From: Vitrella brassicaformis CCMP3155
Taxonomy: Eukaryota; Protista; Chromerida
Length of the DNA: 64,000 bases
Assembly (NCBI GenBank): GCA_001179505.1
Contig: CDMY01001036.1
Coordinates: forward strand, 62,001 to 126,000
Direction: 5' to 3'
The number at the start of each line of letters is the position of its first letter. Within the stretch, counting starts at the first letter, position 1. Position numbers and translations under genes: made by a program. The notes beneath the pieces were generated by a model. The model did no database searches. It saw only the letters and a list, made by a program, of their open reading frames with translations, and was not told the DNA's origin. Below, piece by piece: positions 26,538 through 37,568 of the stretch.

Positions 26538-28719
26538 ATGATTTGGGTGGTTTTTCTCCTGTTTGGCACCGTGTGTGGCGAAGAGAAGAGGACAGGGGAG
26601 TACGCTGGTGCACGGCAAGAGTGTTTGAGCCATGGGCTGACGTGGGAGCGGTGTTGCGACGCCGCCTGGGGAGAGAAGGGCAACGCCGCCTGCTGGCAAG
26701 ACAATGGTCAGCATAGACACACAGGCAGCAAGGACGCAACACAACACATCCACAGCTAGATCTGCAGATCGCTTGACGTACGAGCGGTGCTGCACCCCCT
26801 GGGGATGGGTGGAAGATGCGGACACGCTGATGCCGTTTTTCGCCGACAGGCGGCAGCACGACCAGCGCATGGACGGCCCTGCTGTGCGGGCATACGCCGC
26901 CCTGTTCAACTGCCTCATGGAAGTGCAGAAAGGGGGACTCATGACGGGACAGAAATGCAGGTAAAGGACCACCCCACCCACAACATCTGCACAAACCGTG
27001 CCGTATGCTCTCTCGTGTATGGTTTGCAGTGAGTTTCGTTCCCTGTTTCACGAGCACGTGTCTGCGCCTCCCGCGTCGTTTCAGCTGGTAGGACTGCACT
27101 ACCCTCTGGTGTACCGCAGCTACCCCTTCTACTCCATGCTCCTCCCGCCATACGACTTCTACCACAAATCGAGACTCTTTCCAAGGTATTCACGCACACA
27201 AACGCACACCACATAGACCAGACGACGACAACACACTAGTGTGGGTGTCTTGTGTCGTGTCCTTGCTTGTTGTCAGTGTGTTGTGGGGTCATGACGAGCA
27301 GGCGTTGGTAGAGGAGGGGCTCATGACGCTGCTCAGTCAGGGCGACGTCGTGGTCGACGCTGGGGCCAGCGTGGGAGCACTCACACAGGTGGCTTCTCCG
27401 CAGATCAACATATGAATGAATCCATCCACCTATAAGTCATCTTAGCTGTCTTGTCTGTGGTCAGATCTTCGCAGCGGCTGTCGGCCCGAGCGGCCAGGTG
27501 CACGCCTTCGAGCCGATGCGCATCCCCTTCCAGATCCTGAACGCCAATGTGGCCCTTGGAGGGTTCAGCAACGTGTGGACATACCAGGTGGCCCTGGGGG
27601 ACAACGAGACGACCGTGGCCGCGTCTCACCCCCGCATGACGTGGCCCGGCAGCGACATCTCATACACCACTCTGCTTAACGCAAACAAGAATGCCGATGA
27701 GGCATTCAAACAAAGAGGTACCACGTGCAGGTACACAAGAGTGCATGCCGTCTATGTGTCTTTGTCATGTGTGCAGGCGATTTTCAGGCGGTGGATGTGC
27801 GCCGTCTCGACGCGTATGGCCTCGATCGTGTGGACCTGATCAAGATTGATGTGGAGGGGTTTGAGTATCGTGTGCTGCGGGGGGGCGAGCAGACGCTCAG
27901 GAGGGCCAAACCGGTGAGACAGAGAGAACATAACATGGCGGGTTCTGTGTGGCTCACCGCCCTTGTGTGTCTGCCAGGTGATATTTGCTGAGATCAAGAA
28001 GCCCTACAAGCGAGACGTCTTTGACCTGCTGGTCACTCAGATGGGTACACACATACATTCATAGTGAAACGAAGAGACACACACACAGGGCACACAGGGC
28101 ATAGTGTGGCATTCCTTCCCGCCACACACCTGTAGGCTATGAGTGCCACAACGTGCTGACATCAATGGTGTCCGAATACATCTGCGTCCACCCACACAGA
28201 CGGTACACCCCTCCNNNNNNNNNNNNNNNNNNNNNNNNNNNNNNNNNNNNNNNNNNNNNNNNNNNNNNNNNNNNNNNNNNNNNNNNNNNNNNNNNNNNNN
28301 NNNNNNNNNNNNNNNNNNNNNNNNNNNNNNNNNNNNNNNNNNNNNNNNNNNNNNNNNNNNNNNNNNNNNNNNNNNNNNNNNNNNNNNNNNNNNNNNNNNN
28401 NNNNNNNNNNNNNNNNNNNNNNNNNNNNNNNNNNNNNNNNNNNNNNNNNNNNNNNNNNNNNNNNNNNNNNNNNNNNNNNNNNNNNNNNNNNNNNNNNNNN
28501 NNNNNNNNNNNNNNACACACACACACGACCTGTCAGCCATTGATTGCTTGTCCTCTCTGTGCGTGTCCCCGGTTGTCCAGGCAATTTTCTGCATCGGCGC
28601 TCTCTCGGTTAGATTTGACGCTGCAGCTGTGGACCAACGCCACGCAGGTTCGTGAGAGATGTAGGGTGTGCAGGGACACACAGATACCCCTCAACGAGGG
28701 GGAGGCTGTGGTGTCATGA
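26538..28719 (+). CDS. FkbM-family SAM-dependent methyltransferase with signal peptide and Cys-rich N-terminal repeat; interrupted by an assembly gap
   Basis: MIWVVFLLFGTVCG signal; VVDAGASVGALT, AVGPSGQVHAFEP, ILNANVALGG, LDRVDLIKIDVEGFEYRVLRG, VIFAEI are hallmark FkbM motifs. The exons after the gap are tentative. Confidence 0.85.
28215..28514. other. Assembly gap (300 N)
   Basis: Run of N. Confidence 1.
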
Positions 28720-29071
28720 AGGAAGCATTGCTGCCGCGTGTGCATGCCTGCACATGTGTGACGCGACGATTGATGGATGTGATGGACGCGTATTGACTTA
28801 AGAGGGTGCAAATGTCATGCATGGCCTGTTGACTTCCACACGCGCCCACACGCACTGCACACGTCAATCGATAACTAATTTGACACATACGTGGAAGGGC
28901 CTTCGGCTGGTTGCCAAATGAGATACCCACGCGCGCAGGCAGGGAGTCGGGAACGCACTCACGAAGACTGAGTGAGGCATCTACTCTTAGCAGTACTTGC
29001 CAGTGCTCCTATACAACCTCACTCACTCACACCACATCAACATCACGCGCACATCCATCCATCCATCTGTA

Positions 29072-31457
29072 TCATTTCTCGGTGCCTTTGTCGGCCGGCA
29101 GGTCAGTGGCGTTGAGCACTGACACCAGGGCAGCGATCAGGTGAGCATTGTAGTCTATCGCAGGCTGCAGCCACACATACAGCGACAGAAAGACAGAGTG
29201 AGTGAGCACCCATGGCTGCTATAGGGTCGGTCATCTTGCCTCGTTCATATTCCATTGGTCCCGCTTGTCCAAATAGCCATCGTATGTGGGCCCACCCACC
29301 AGTGCACCTGTCAGCGTCTGCATTCACACACAGGGATATCGCACTCACGGGCATTCCCATACCCCCTCCCCCTCCCTCCCCAGCCCCACACACGCCACGC
29401 CCACAAATACCCACCTGCAGGTTGGGCCCTGGGTGTGTCGAGCCAGGCACGAACTCATTGCACGGCAGCCCTGTGCGAAACGACGGGCAGTAGCTGGTCT
29501 TGTGGGCCACTCTCAGAGGGGGGTTAGGCCCATACCCCACCACATACGAGCGCCTCTCGCCCTCAGGCATGTCTTGAGCGTTGCCGATGAGTAGGTCCAC
29601 CTGCCGCTTGGCCCAGCGGTACAGCCGCCGGTCGCCTGTGTGCATGGCCATGTGGCTTGCCACGGCCACTGCTGACGAGATGTGCCGGTTGTTGCCCCAG
29701 GACCATATCATGGCCAGGCCGCTGGGGAGGTACCCATAGTAGCCGCCGGGGAGGAGGTTGGCTGTGTACACGGAGAGCTTCTTCTCGTACAGAGGGTCAT
29801 CTGAGAGAGATGAAGAGGTAGGTGCAGAGAAGCCGTCTTCGCGATGCTCAGGTGCATTGGTGTGTGTGTACCTGTGAGCTGAGTCAGCAGCACCAAGCTC
29901 CATATGTGTTTGTCATTCCTGCAGAATCAGGGTGTATACTGAGGGCATGGGCATGTGCCTCTCTATCACTCGTCTGACGCACCAGAAGGGCCCCCACTCA
30001 GGTGTCGGTGGTGTGAGTATCGACATATCGCCGTCAGCGAATGACGGCAGGTCTTTCTCCATAGCAATGGCTTTGTCGAGGTAAGTCTGATTGCCGGTGG
30101 CCCGGTACAGCCACAGAGCGCCCCAGACGATCTCATCCAGGTAGCCGCTGCTGATGTAGCCCATGAACTCCCCTGGAGTGTGATCACTGGACACACACAC
30201 ACGCACGCACACACACACACACACACATGACGATACTAATTGTCGGCGAGTGGGTACCTGTACAGGCCCCTGTATTTGTCGGCGAATTCAAAGAGCTCCA
30301 CAGCGTGTCTGAGGCAGATGTCAGCCAACTCGTCGTCAGACGCCCTGAAGGCCATCGAGCACGCCGCAAAAGCCGCTGCTGACTCACCTGCAGCAGCACA
30401 AGGAAGGGTAGCCCGGAGAAACTGTTTGTTGAGTGCGTTTGGTGCATTGCATTGCATTTCCTCACCAGCCAAGTCGCTGCCTGGGTGTGTTTCGTTGATG
30501 ACCCAGGAAGGCCGATAGTACCCATCCGTGTGTATGTCCTCAGGCCTGATGCGATGCACACATACAAGCGACCGCGGTCCTCCCATTTGACTCGTCTCTC
30601 TCTGTGACGTGTGTGCCCCTTCCTTGACCCGCCTCACCTGCCCCACCAGAACCACTCCTCGTCTGCAATGCCCACGCCGGCGTACATGACATTCGGCTCG
30701 ATGTGGCACTTGGCCAGGTACTCCAGGCCCCACCGAGCGGTCTCCAGCATGGTGTTCCACAGCTTCAGCCGCTGCAGCAGCGGCCTGAAGTCGACGGCCA
30801 TCCACGAGAGCATCGTCATGGCGTACGCCTGGTTGAAGTTCCACTTCGTGTGGTCGGCTGCATCGGCATAGCCGCCCACCAGGTCGCGGCCCTCTGGCTC
30901 GTGCGCTAAAGAGAGCACAATTGACTGACATGTGGCCGTTAACGTTCTGTCTGCCCGTCGGCCACTTACTGTTGTCTTTGAGGCCATCGAGAAGGGCGGC
31001 GTCGCCCCGCCACTTGATGGGATGGTCCTTGCCCAGCCGCCCCAGCTGCTGGGCGCTGAAAAAGAGGAACGACCGGCGCAACACCTCCTCGTACTCACGG
31101 ACGTCACGCTCTGCAGCAATGAAAAAATCCGTGTGCAGCCAGCCATAGACGGATTCGCATCAAGCTCCGCTTCCCACCTGAGGCAACGAATCGGTCGTCG
31201 TCGTCCGCGTCGAAGTCGAACGCCACTGAGCCCTTTCCCACATCATACGCCGGCCGGCTGTCTTCTCCTCCCTCAAGTAGAAAGTCCCCCAATGGCTCCT
31301 CCTCTTCAAAATGCTCCTTGTCTTGTTCACCGCCGACCAGAATGCGGCCGGAGCTCTGCGGTCGGTCTTGTGCGTCCGGCCGGTGCAAGAAAGACGGTGC
31401 AAGTGGTGTCGCCACACTCCGTGACACCAGCAGAACCAAGGACATCAGGATATGCAT
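29072..31457 (-). CDS. Glycoside hydrolase family 9 endoglucanase (cellulase), secreted
   Basis: Signal peptide MHILMSLVLLVSRSVA; YEEVLRRSFLFFSAQQLG...WRGDAALLDG; LVGGYADAADH; WGLEYLAKCH; PGSDLAGE; YLDEIVWGALWLYRATGNQTYL; YVVGYGPNPPLRVAH; ALVGGP; NE|PAIDYNA with the catalytic Glu. Confidence 0.95.
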
Positions 31458-31693
31458 ATGTGAAATGCGCATCGTCCCGCATGGGAGGGGAGAAGGGGGT
31501 GCTCGTCGGGCTGGCTTTCGGTGGTGCCATTATTTCTGCCTATTTCATCCCCCTGTGTTTCACAGGCGTCACCGGGGGGTAAAAAAAAGCTCGCTGTCTC
31601 GCAAAAAACACCTCAGGAAAGGACCCCTCTGTGTGTCAGCTCTGCCTCCATCTACCGTTTCCTTGATTGCCCCACACATCGTTCGTAGCAGCC

Positions 31694-33460
31694 ATGGAAG
31701 GTCAGAAGTCGCTTCAGCAGGTGGACAAGGAGATGTTTGACCTCATCAAGAGTGAGAGGGACCGCCAGGTGCGGGGCATCGAGCTCATCGCATCCGAGAA
31801 CTTCACCTCCCGCGCCGTCATGGAGTGCCTGGGGTCATGCCTCACCAACAAGTACTCGGAGGGGCTGCCCGGCGCAAGGTACTACGGTGGCAACGAGTTC
31901 ATCGACCAGGTGGGTGCGGTGGGTGTGGGTAGGGGGATGCATCGAGCGAATCGTGGCATGCAGATCCACCATGGGGCGGCCTCTGTCGGGTGCTTGTGTG
32001 TGTCCTCTGTGTGTGTGACAGATTGAGGTGTTGTGTCAGCGTCGTGCGCTCCACGCCTTCGGCCTCGACCCAGAGGAGTGGGGAGTCAACGTGCAGCCAT
32101 ACTCCGGTACGCAACAGCTCCCTTGACATTCCAGCCATCCACACACGTGTGTGGTGGCTGTCCCCTGCGTGTGATGCAACAGGTTCGCCGGCGAACTTCG
32201 CTGCGTACACGGCGTTGCTGCACCCGCACGACCGCATCATGGGTTTGGATCTGCCGTCTGGCGGCCACCTGACGCACGGCTTCTACACGGCCAAGAAGAA
32301 GATCAGCGCCACGTCCATCTACTTCGAGAGCCTCCCCTACCAGGTCAACCCCCAGACCGGATGGCTCGACTTCGACGACCTCCTCAAGAGGGCCAAGCTC
32401 TTCAGGCCCAAGGTCACACAGCACACGAGAGGAGGAGAGAGGGAGAGAGGGATGACGATGCGTCGTATGTGTGTGTGTGGTGGATGGGATGCAGATGATC
32501 ATCACGGGTGCGTCTGCGTATCCCCGCGAGATCGACTTCAGCAAGTTCCGCGAGATCTGCGACGAGGTCGGCTGCTACCTGCTGGTGGACATCGCCCACA
32601 TCAGCGGCCTGGTGGCCGCCAAGGTGCACATGTCGCCCTTTCCGTACGCCGACATCGTCACCACCACCACACACAAGTCCCTCAGGGGGCCGCGGGCGGG
32701 CATGATCTTCTTCAACAAGAAGCGTGTGCCCGACGTCGAGGAGAAGGTCAACTTCAGCGTGTTCCCCAGCCTGCAGGGCGGCCCGCACAACCACCAGATC
32801 GCCGGGCTCGCCACGCAACTCAAGGAGGTCGCCACGCCCGAGTTCGCAGAATACGCCAGACAGGTGAGACCACACACACGTGGGGAGCAGGGAGAGGAGG
32901 CAGACACACGAATGTGTGTGTGTATGCGTCGTATCAGGTTGTGTCAAACACGAAGGCGTTGGCCGAGGTGTTGATGGGCAAGGGTTACAAGTTGGTGACG
33001 GACGGCAGCGACAACCACCTGGTCCTCTGGGACGTCAGGCCCCTCGCACTCACCGGATCCAAAGTCGAAAAGGTACCTACCCCTGTCAGTCAGGAAGCCA
33101 CCAGAGACCCTCTGCTCATCCATCTCTCCATTGCCCCCTCCCTCTCAGGTGTGCGATGCGGTGCACATCACTCTCAACAAGAACGCCGTGTTCGGCGACG
33201 CGTCGGCCATGTCGCCGGGCGGCGTGCGCGTGGGCACCCCCGCCATGACGACCCGCGGGTGCAAGGAGGCCGACTTCCGGCAGGTGGGCGAGTTCCTCCA
33301 CCGGGCGGTGCAGATCTGCCTGGAGATCCAGCAGTCGCACGGCAAGAAGCTCAACGACTTCGTCAAGGGCATCCCTGGCAACGCCAAGATCAACGACCTC
33401 AAGAAGGACGTCGAGGAGTGGGCCACCAAGTTCCAGTTCCCCGGCAACCCGGAGCTCTGA
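31694..33460 (+). CDS. SHMT: Serine hydroxymethyltransferase, probably cytosolic (no leader peptide)
   Basis: [52 protein letters not shown] (PLP lysine), [24 protein letters not shown]. Confidence 0.98.
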
Positions 33461-35099
33461 GCTGATTGATCGATGGATGGCCGACTGCCTGCCTGCCTGC
33501 CTGCCTGCCCGTCCGTCCGTCCGTCTGTCGCGTGTGCGTGCATTGATGAGTGAGTCTCCTCAGTGATGTGTGCGTTTATCGATGTGGCTGCCGGGGTGGG
33601 GCGGGGTGGTGCTGGGGCGAGCAGCTGGTGCGGTTTTTTCAACCATTGCATGTATGTATGTGTGCGTGTTTGTGTGGTGTCTGGGGCGGAGTGAAGTGAT
33701 GGTGCGTGCCTGGTAGTTGAGGCACAGTACCTGCAATTTTGGTCGTAGGCTCACAGGGCCGGCCCCATTTCACATACATCATGACACTGACTGGTGCGTG
33801 TGTGGATGCCTGTGTGTGTGTTGCCTGCTGTCACTCTTCTCTTAAGCACATGTCCGCCTCCCCTGGCCAGCGCAGTTGGCAGGGGAGTGGAGCAGACTTT
33901 ACACACACATACACTCATACGCAGCAGAGAGACAATTCCACGCACATGCCTATCTGCCTGCCTGCCTGCACCAATCAATCAGTAAGACGATGCACTGCAC
34001 GCCGTGGAATGGAGTGAGAGGGATGGATCTGCCGTTTGTGGAACTGGTGCTGCTCTGTCAATATAATGCTCTCTCCTCACCATTGACGCTTCCCCATGGC
34101 TGCCACCGCCATACCGGAGGCAAGTTGCGAACCATCAAGACGTGATTCGCAGCTAGCCTCCAGTGTGCGTTGCTGGCGGCCATGGCAAGGGGCCGATGAT
34201 CCAGAGAGAAGTAGGAGACAGAGGCAGAGAGTCTGTCAGAGGGTGTGATGAGTGTGAGAGATGGATGGCGACTATTTGGCCATCTTGACATCTGCTATGC
34301 TGGCTGTCTTGTCGATCATGTCGCTCCTGGCTTGTTCGTGCGGTCCTCGTTGACGTCATCACGATGGACTGGCTGTGGTTTCATCGTGACATCGTCAGCC
34401 ATGGCTGCTCGAACCGACCAGGAGTGCCAGCGGGAAGCGTGGCGAAGAAGCGGGCTGGTGCCATCTATTTGTTCGCGAGAATGGATGGAAGGATCAACGA
34501 GTGCGATTGAATGCGATTGAATGACACTCTGACCAGCATGCCATGCCGTTGTGAGTCGTGTGACGCATGGATGGACAGATGGATGGATGGATGGGTTCGT
34601 GCCTGCCTGCTTTGGACACACTTGGTCGGTCTGCGTTTAATGGTGGTGGTTTAGTTTCATCAATCGACGTCCGCCACTGTAGTGCACGCAGCACGTCCAA
34701 AGTCACACACTCAAATAACCGCTGTCCCCCATGCACTTGCTAGAAGAGACGGCGGGGAGGCTGCTCCCAATCCACACCAGCCCAGCAGCAGCGACTAGCC
34801 ACCGCTCGCCCTCGCACCCACACAGAAAAGCACAGGCGCACATGTAATGTAGAGCAGCATTGGCTGAGCTGATTCACGCAAGACCGTCAAGCGCCGTTCG
34901 CCCTCAAGCCGAGTGGCAAGTACAGCAGCCAGGCAGGCAGGCAGAAAGAACGGCATTCACGTATCATTCTTAATCAGTCCACCCGACCCGCCCCTGCACA
35001 CGCAAGGCGGCCGATCTGACAGACATACATGAGAATTCAGCACACAGCACACAACACATCACTGGCAAGTATGCATACCTGTGATAAGTAAGTCTTCTG

Positions 35100-37456
35100 T
35101 CAGGCGTCCAGTGGTTTTAGAGTGAGGGTACCGCGGTCCCCCGTCCGCGCGTCCCGGGCCCCCCAATCGGTCTTGTCGATGTGAAACTGCCCAGGGATGC
35201 CCTCTATGCTGTTGCCATCGCCATTGGTGCGCTCATCCACCAGCCGCTCGAAGGCATAGGACGGCTTCTGCCGGAAAGTAAGCTGCTTGATGCCTCGGAT
35301 CTTGAGCAGCGACTTGACACACGCAATGCCGAACTCACCAGCGGCATCGCCATCGCCCAACTCCTCAGGCACTGCACACACACGCAAGCAGCAGTCACCG
35401 CAACAATCGACAGGTAGAAAACAGCTGATGAAGGCGATTGGTTGCTGCTCACCTACTACAGTTACATCCACTTCTGCGATGGTCGGCAGCTGATCCGCTA
35501 TGTCGCCCCACGTCAGCCCCCCCTCGCCCACACCGTTCACGCACGACGCCTCGAATTTCTCCAGGTCTCTCTCGCCGCCCACCGCCTGCAGCACCCCCAC
35601 CGCCTCGGCCTCTGTCGGGTGCGTCTGGGAGAGGTCGATGCGTTTGACCGCCGGCATCTTGGTCACCAGCCTTCGGGCAATCGCGAGCCCCATTTCGCTG
35701 TGGCTCAGGAGAAGTGATACAGCGGGGAATGCGTTTTGTGGCATGCTGTCGAGCACAAGTGGGTCCGGCTGCTCGACTTCCGTCATCGTCGGGCTCCCAT
35801 TCGTCCTGGTCCCTCACCGCCACGCTCGTCGCCTTTGAGAAGGTCAGGCGCTGTGCGAGGGCGATGGCAGCGGGGCTGGGTGTGTCGAGAGGGGTGGTGA
35901 GATGCTGGGGACGGACGACGAAGGATGCCTCGGAGGCTTTGACTGCTAGCTGCTGAATGTGTGTCTGCACGAAGTGGGAAGGGGCCGTGGTGCCGCAGAG
36001 CAGCGACAGGTCGAAGTCGAAGTGCTCGTCGGTCTTGATGTCGACGGGGATGTCGGGGCTCACACACACGGCACATGTGAAGGCCTCGATAGCCGACAGG
36101 GCGAGGACAATGCGGCTGTCGATGGGCGCTGCGCCCCTTTCCGTGAGCTCAGCACTGAATTTCTTGATGGATCGACATCCAAGGTCGGCAAGGACGGTCT
36201 GCAGGAAGACACACACAACGTCTGGGCACCCTGCCGCTCTTGCGGGTTTGTGTGACTCGTGACACACCTGAAGGCGCTCGAGTCCCTCCAGCCACTCATC
36301 AATGGTGATTCTGTCCCACCATTCCTCAGCTTCAATGGTGAGTAGGCCGATGTCCTCCAGCTGTGACAGCGGCCCCGACACCTCCGCCAATACACTAGCT
36401 AAGTCTCCAGGCAGCAGGATTACATCCAGCTCCCTCAGACACCGTGACGTCCTCACCCACTGCCTCAGCACCTCTCCATCGTCCTCTCTGCGACTCTCCA
36501 CCGTCCCGTCCATCTGCACTTTCTCGAGGGCCGGGAGGCGCCAGTGCCGCTCGCGACCGAAACACAGAGTCCTGTCTTCCGGCCGTCAAGGCATGGTGAC
36601 GGATATGAGGGTCGTCAGGCCGGTCATGCCGGTGATGGATGTGAGGGATGTGAGGATGGGCGGCGGGTCGAGGGGAGGGGGGCGGACCGCCGCTTTCTCT
36701 TCGGCAGCTGTGATGCTAGGGTACTCCTCGATGTCGACGTCTATGACCGATCCGCCATTGCTGTACTCGATCGACTCCAACGTCTCCCCCGCCGGCTCAG
36801 TTTGCCCCGCTGTGACCGCTGCGGCTCTCCGGCCTTCGCTGTGCCCCTCCACCAATGCCGTAACGATATTGTCGATCACCAACGGCAGAGTGCACTTCCT
36901 GAGACCAGGGTACACTGGGATGCCCTCGACCAGCCTACCACGCCATGTAGGCTTGTCAGCACGTGGGATGCGGAGGCCTCGGGGGTACTTCGCGATAATA
37001 GATCTGAGCTGTGTGAGCTTCCGCCCCCACTCGAAGGCGTCACTGAATGAGAGGCCGCACCAGAAGCGCCGCTCGGCCGCGTCGTGGGTGTCCATGACCA
37101 GCTGGGTGATCTGGCAGCCGACGTGGCGCCACAGCCGCTGGGGCAGCGCCGCCACGAAATGAAGCGATAGAAACGAAAAGACGTAGGCGACGACAACAGG
37201 CTGAATGGACAACACACACCGCACAGAGAGAGAGGAGACAATGAAGATTTGTGTGTTTGCCTGTGATTCGTTTGGTGCATCTTACAATCTGGCCGAAGTG
37301 ATGAGCAAAGGTCTCCAGATCTATGCTGTGCGATGCCGTGGCCTGCTGCTGCTGCTGGCCATCTGCGTCCACCATGGCTTCCTCGTGTGCATGATCGTCT
37401 TCCTCTCCCTCGGCTGCCCGCCTCTGCCGTTTCGCACAGGCAGCTTCTTCACTCAT
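35100..37456 (-). pseudogene. Lineage-specific multicopy family, copy 1, with an in-frame TGA
   Basis: Four-exon structure homologous to 47152-49451. In-frame TGA at 36588-36586 (...SVTMP*RPEDRTLCFGRERHWRLPALEKVQ) with the same frame continuing. Confidence 0.75.
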
Positions 37457-37539
37457 CGTGATGCCTGTTTCTCGTGTACGACGCGCAGATCCATCAGCAG
37501 CCGCCAGTGGGGTAAAGGGTTTGGGCAGGGAATCCGTGA

Positions 37540-37551
37540 CCCTAAACCCTA
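37540..37551 (+). promoter_or_regulatory. Telo-box-like motif CCCTAAACCCTA in the 112-bp divergent intergenic region
   Basis: Exact AAACCCTA core (TTTAGGG telomere-type repeat) between two head-to-head start codons. Function not shown. Confidence 0.3.
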
Positions 37552-37568
37552 ATTCAGGCCCTGGCTCG

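Noticed and set aside
29072-33460. GH9, SHMT, FkbM and ThiM as a functional gene cluster
   Set aside because: No shared pathway; adjacency is unremarkable in a gene-dense eukaryotic genome.
33900-34750. Short ORFs downstream of SHMT
   Set aside because: No motifs and no consistent splice structure; likely UTR or intergenic.
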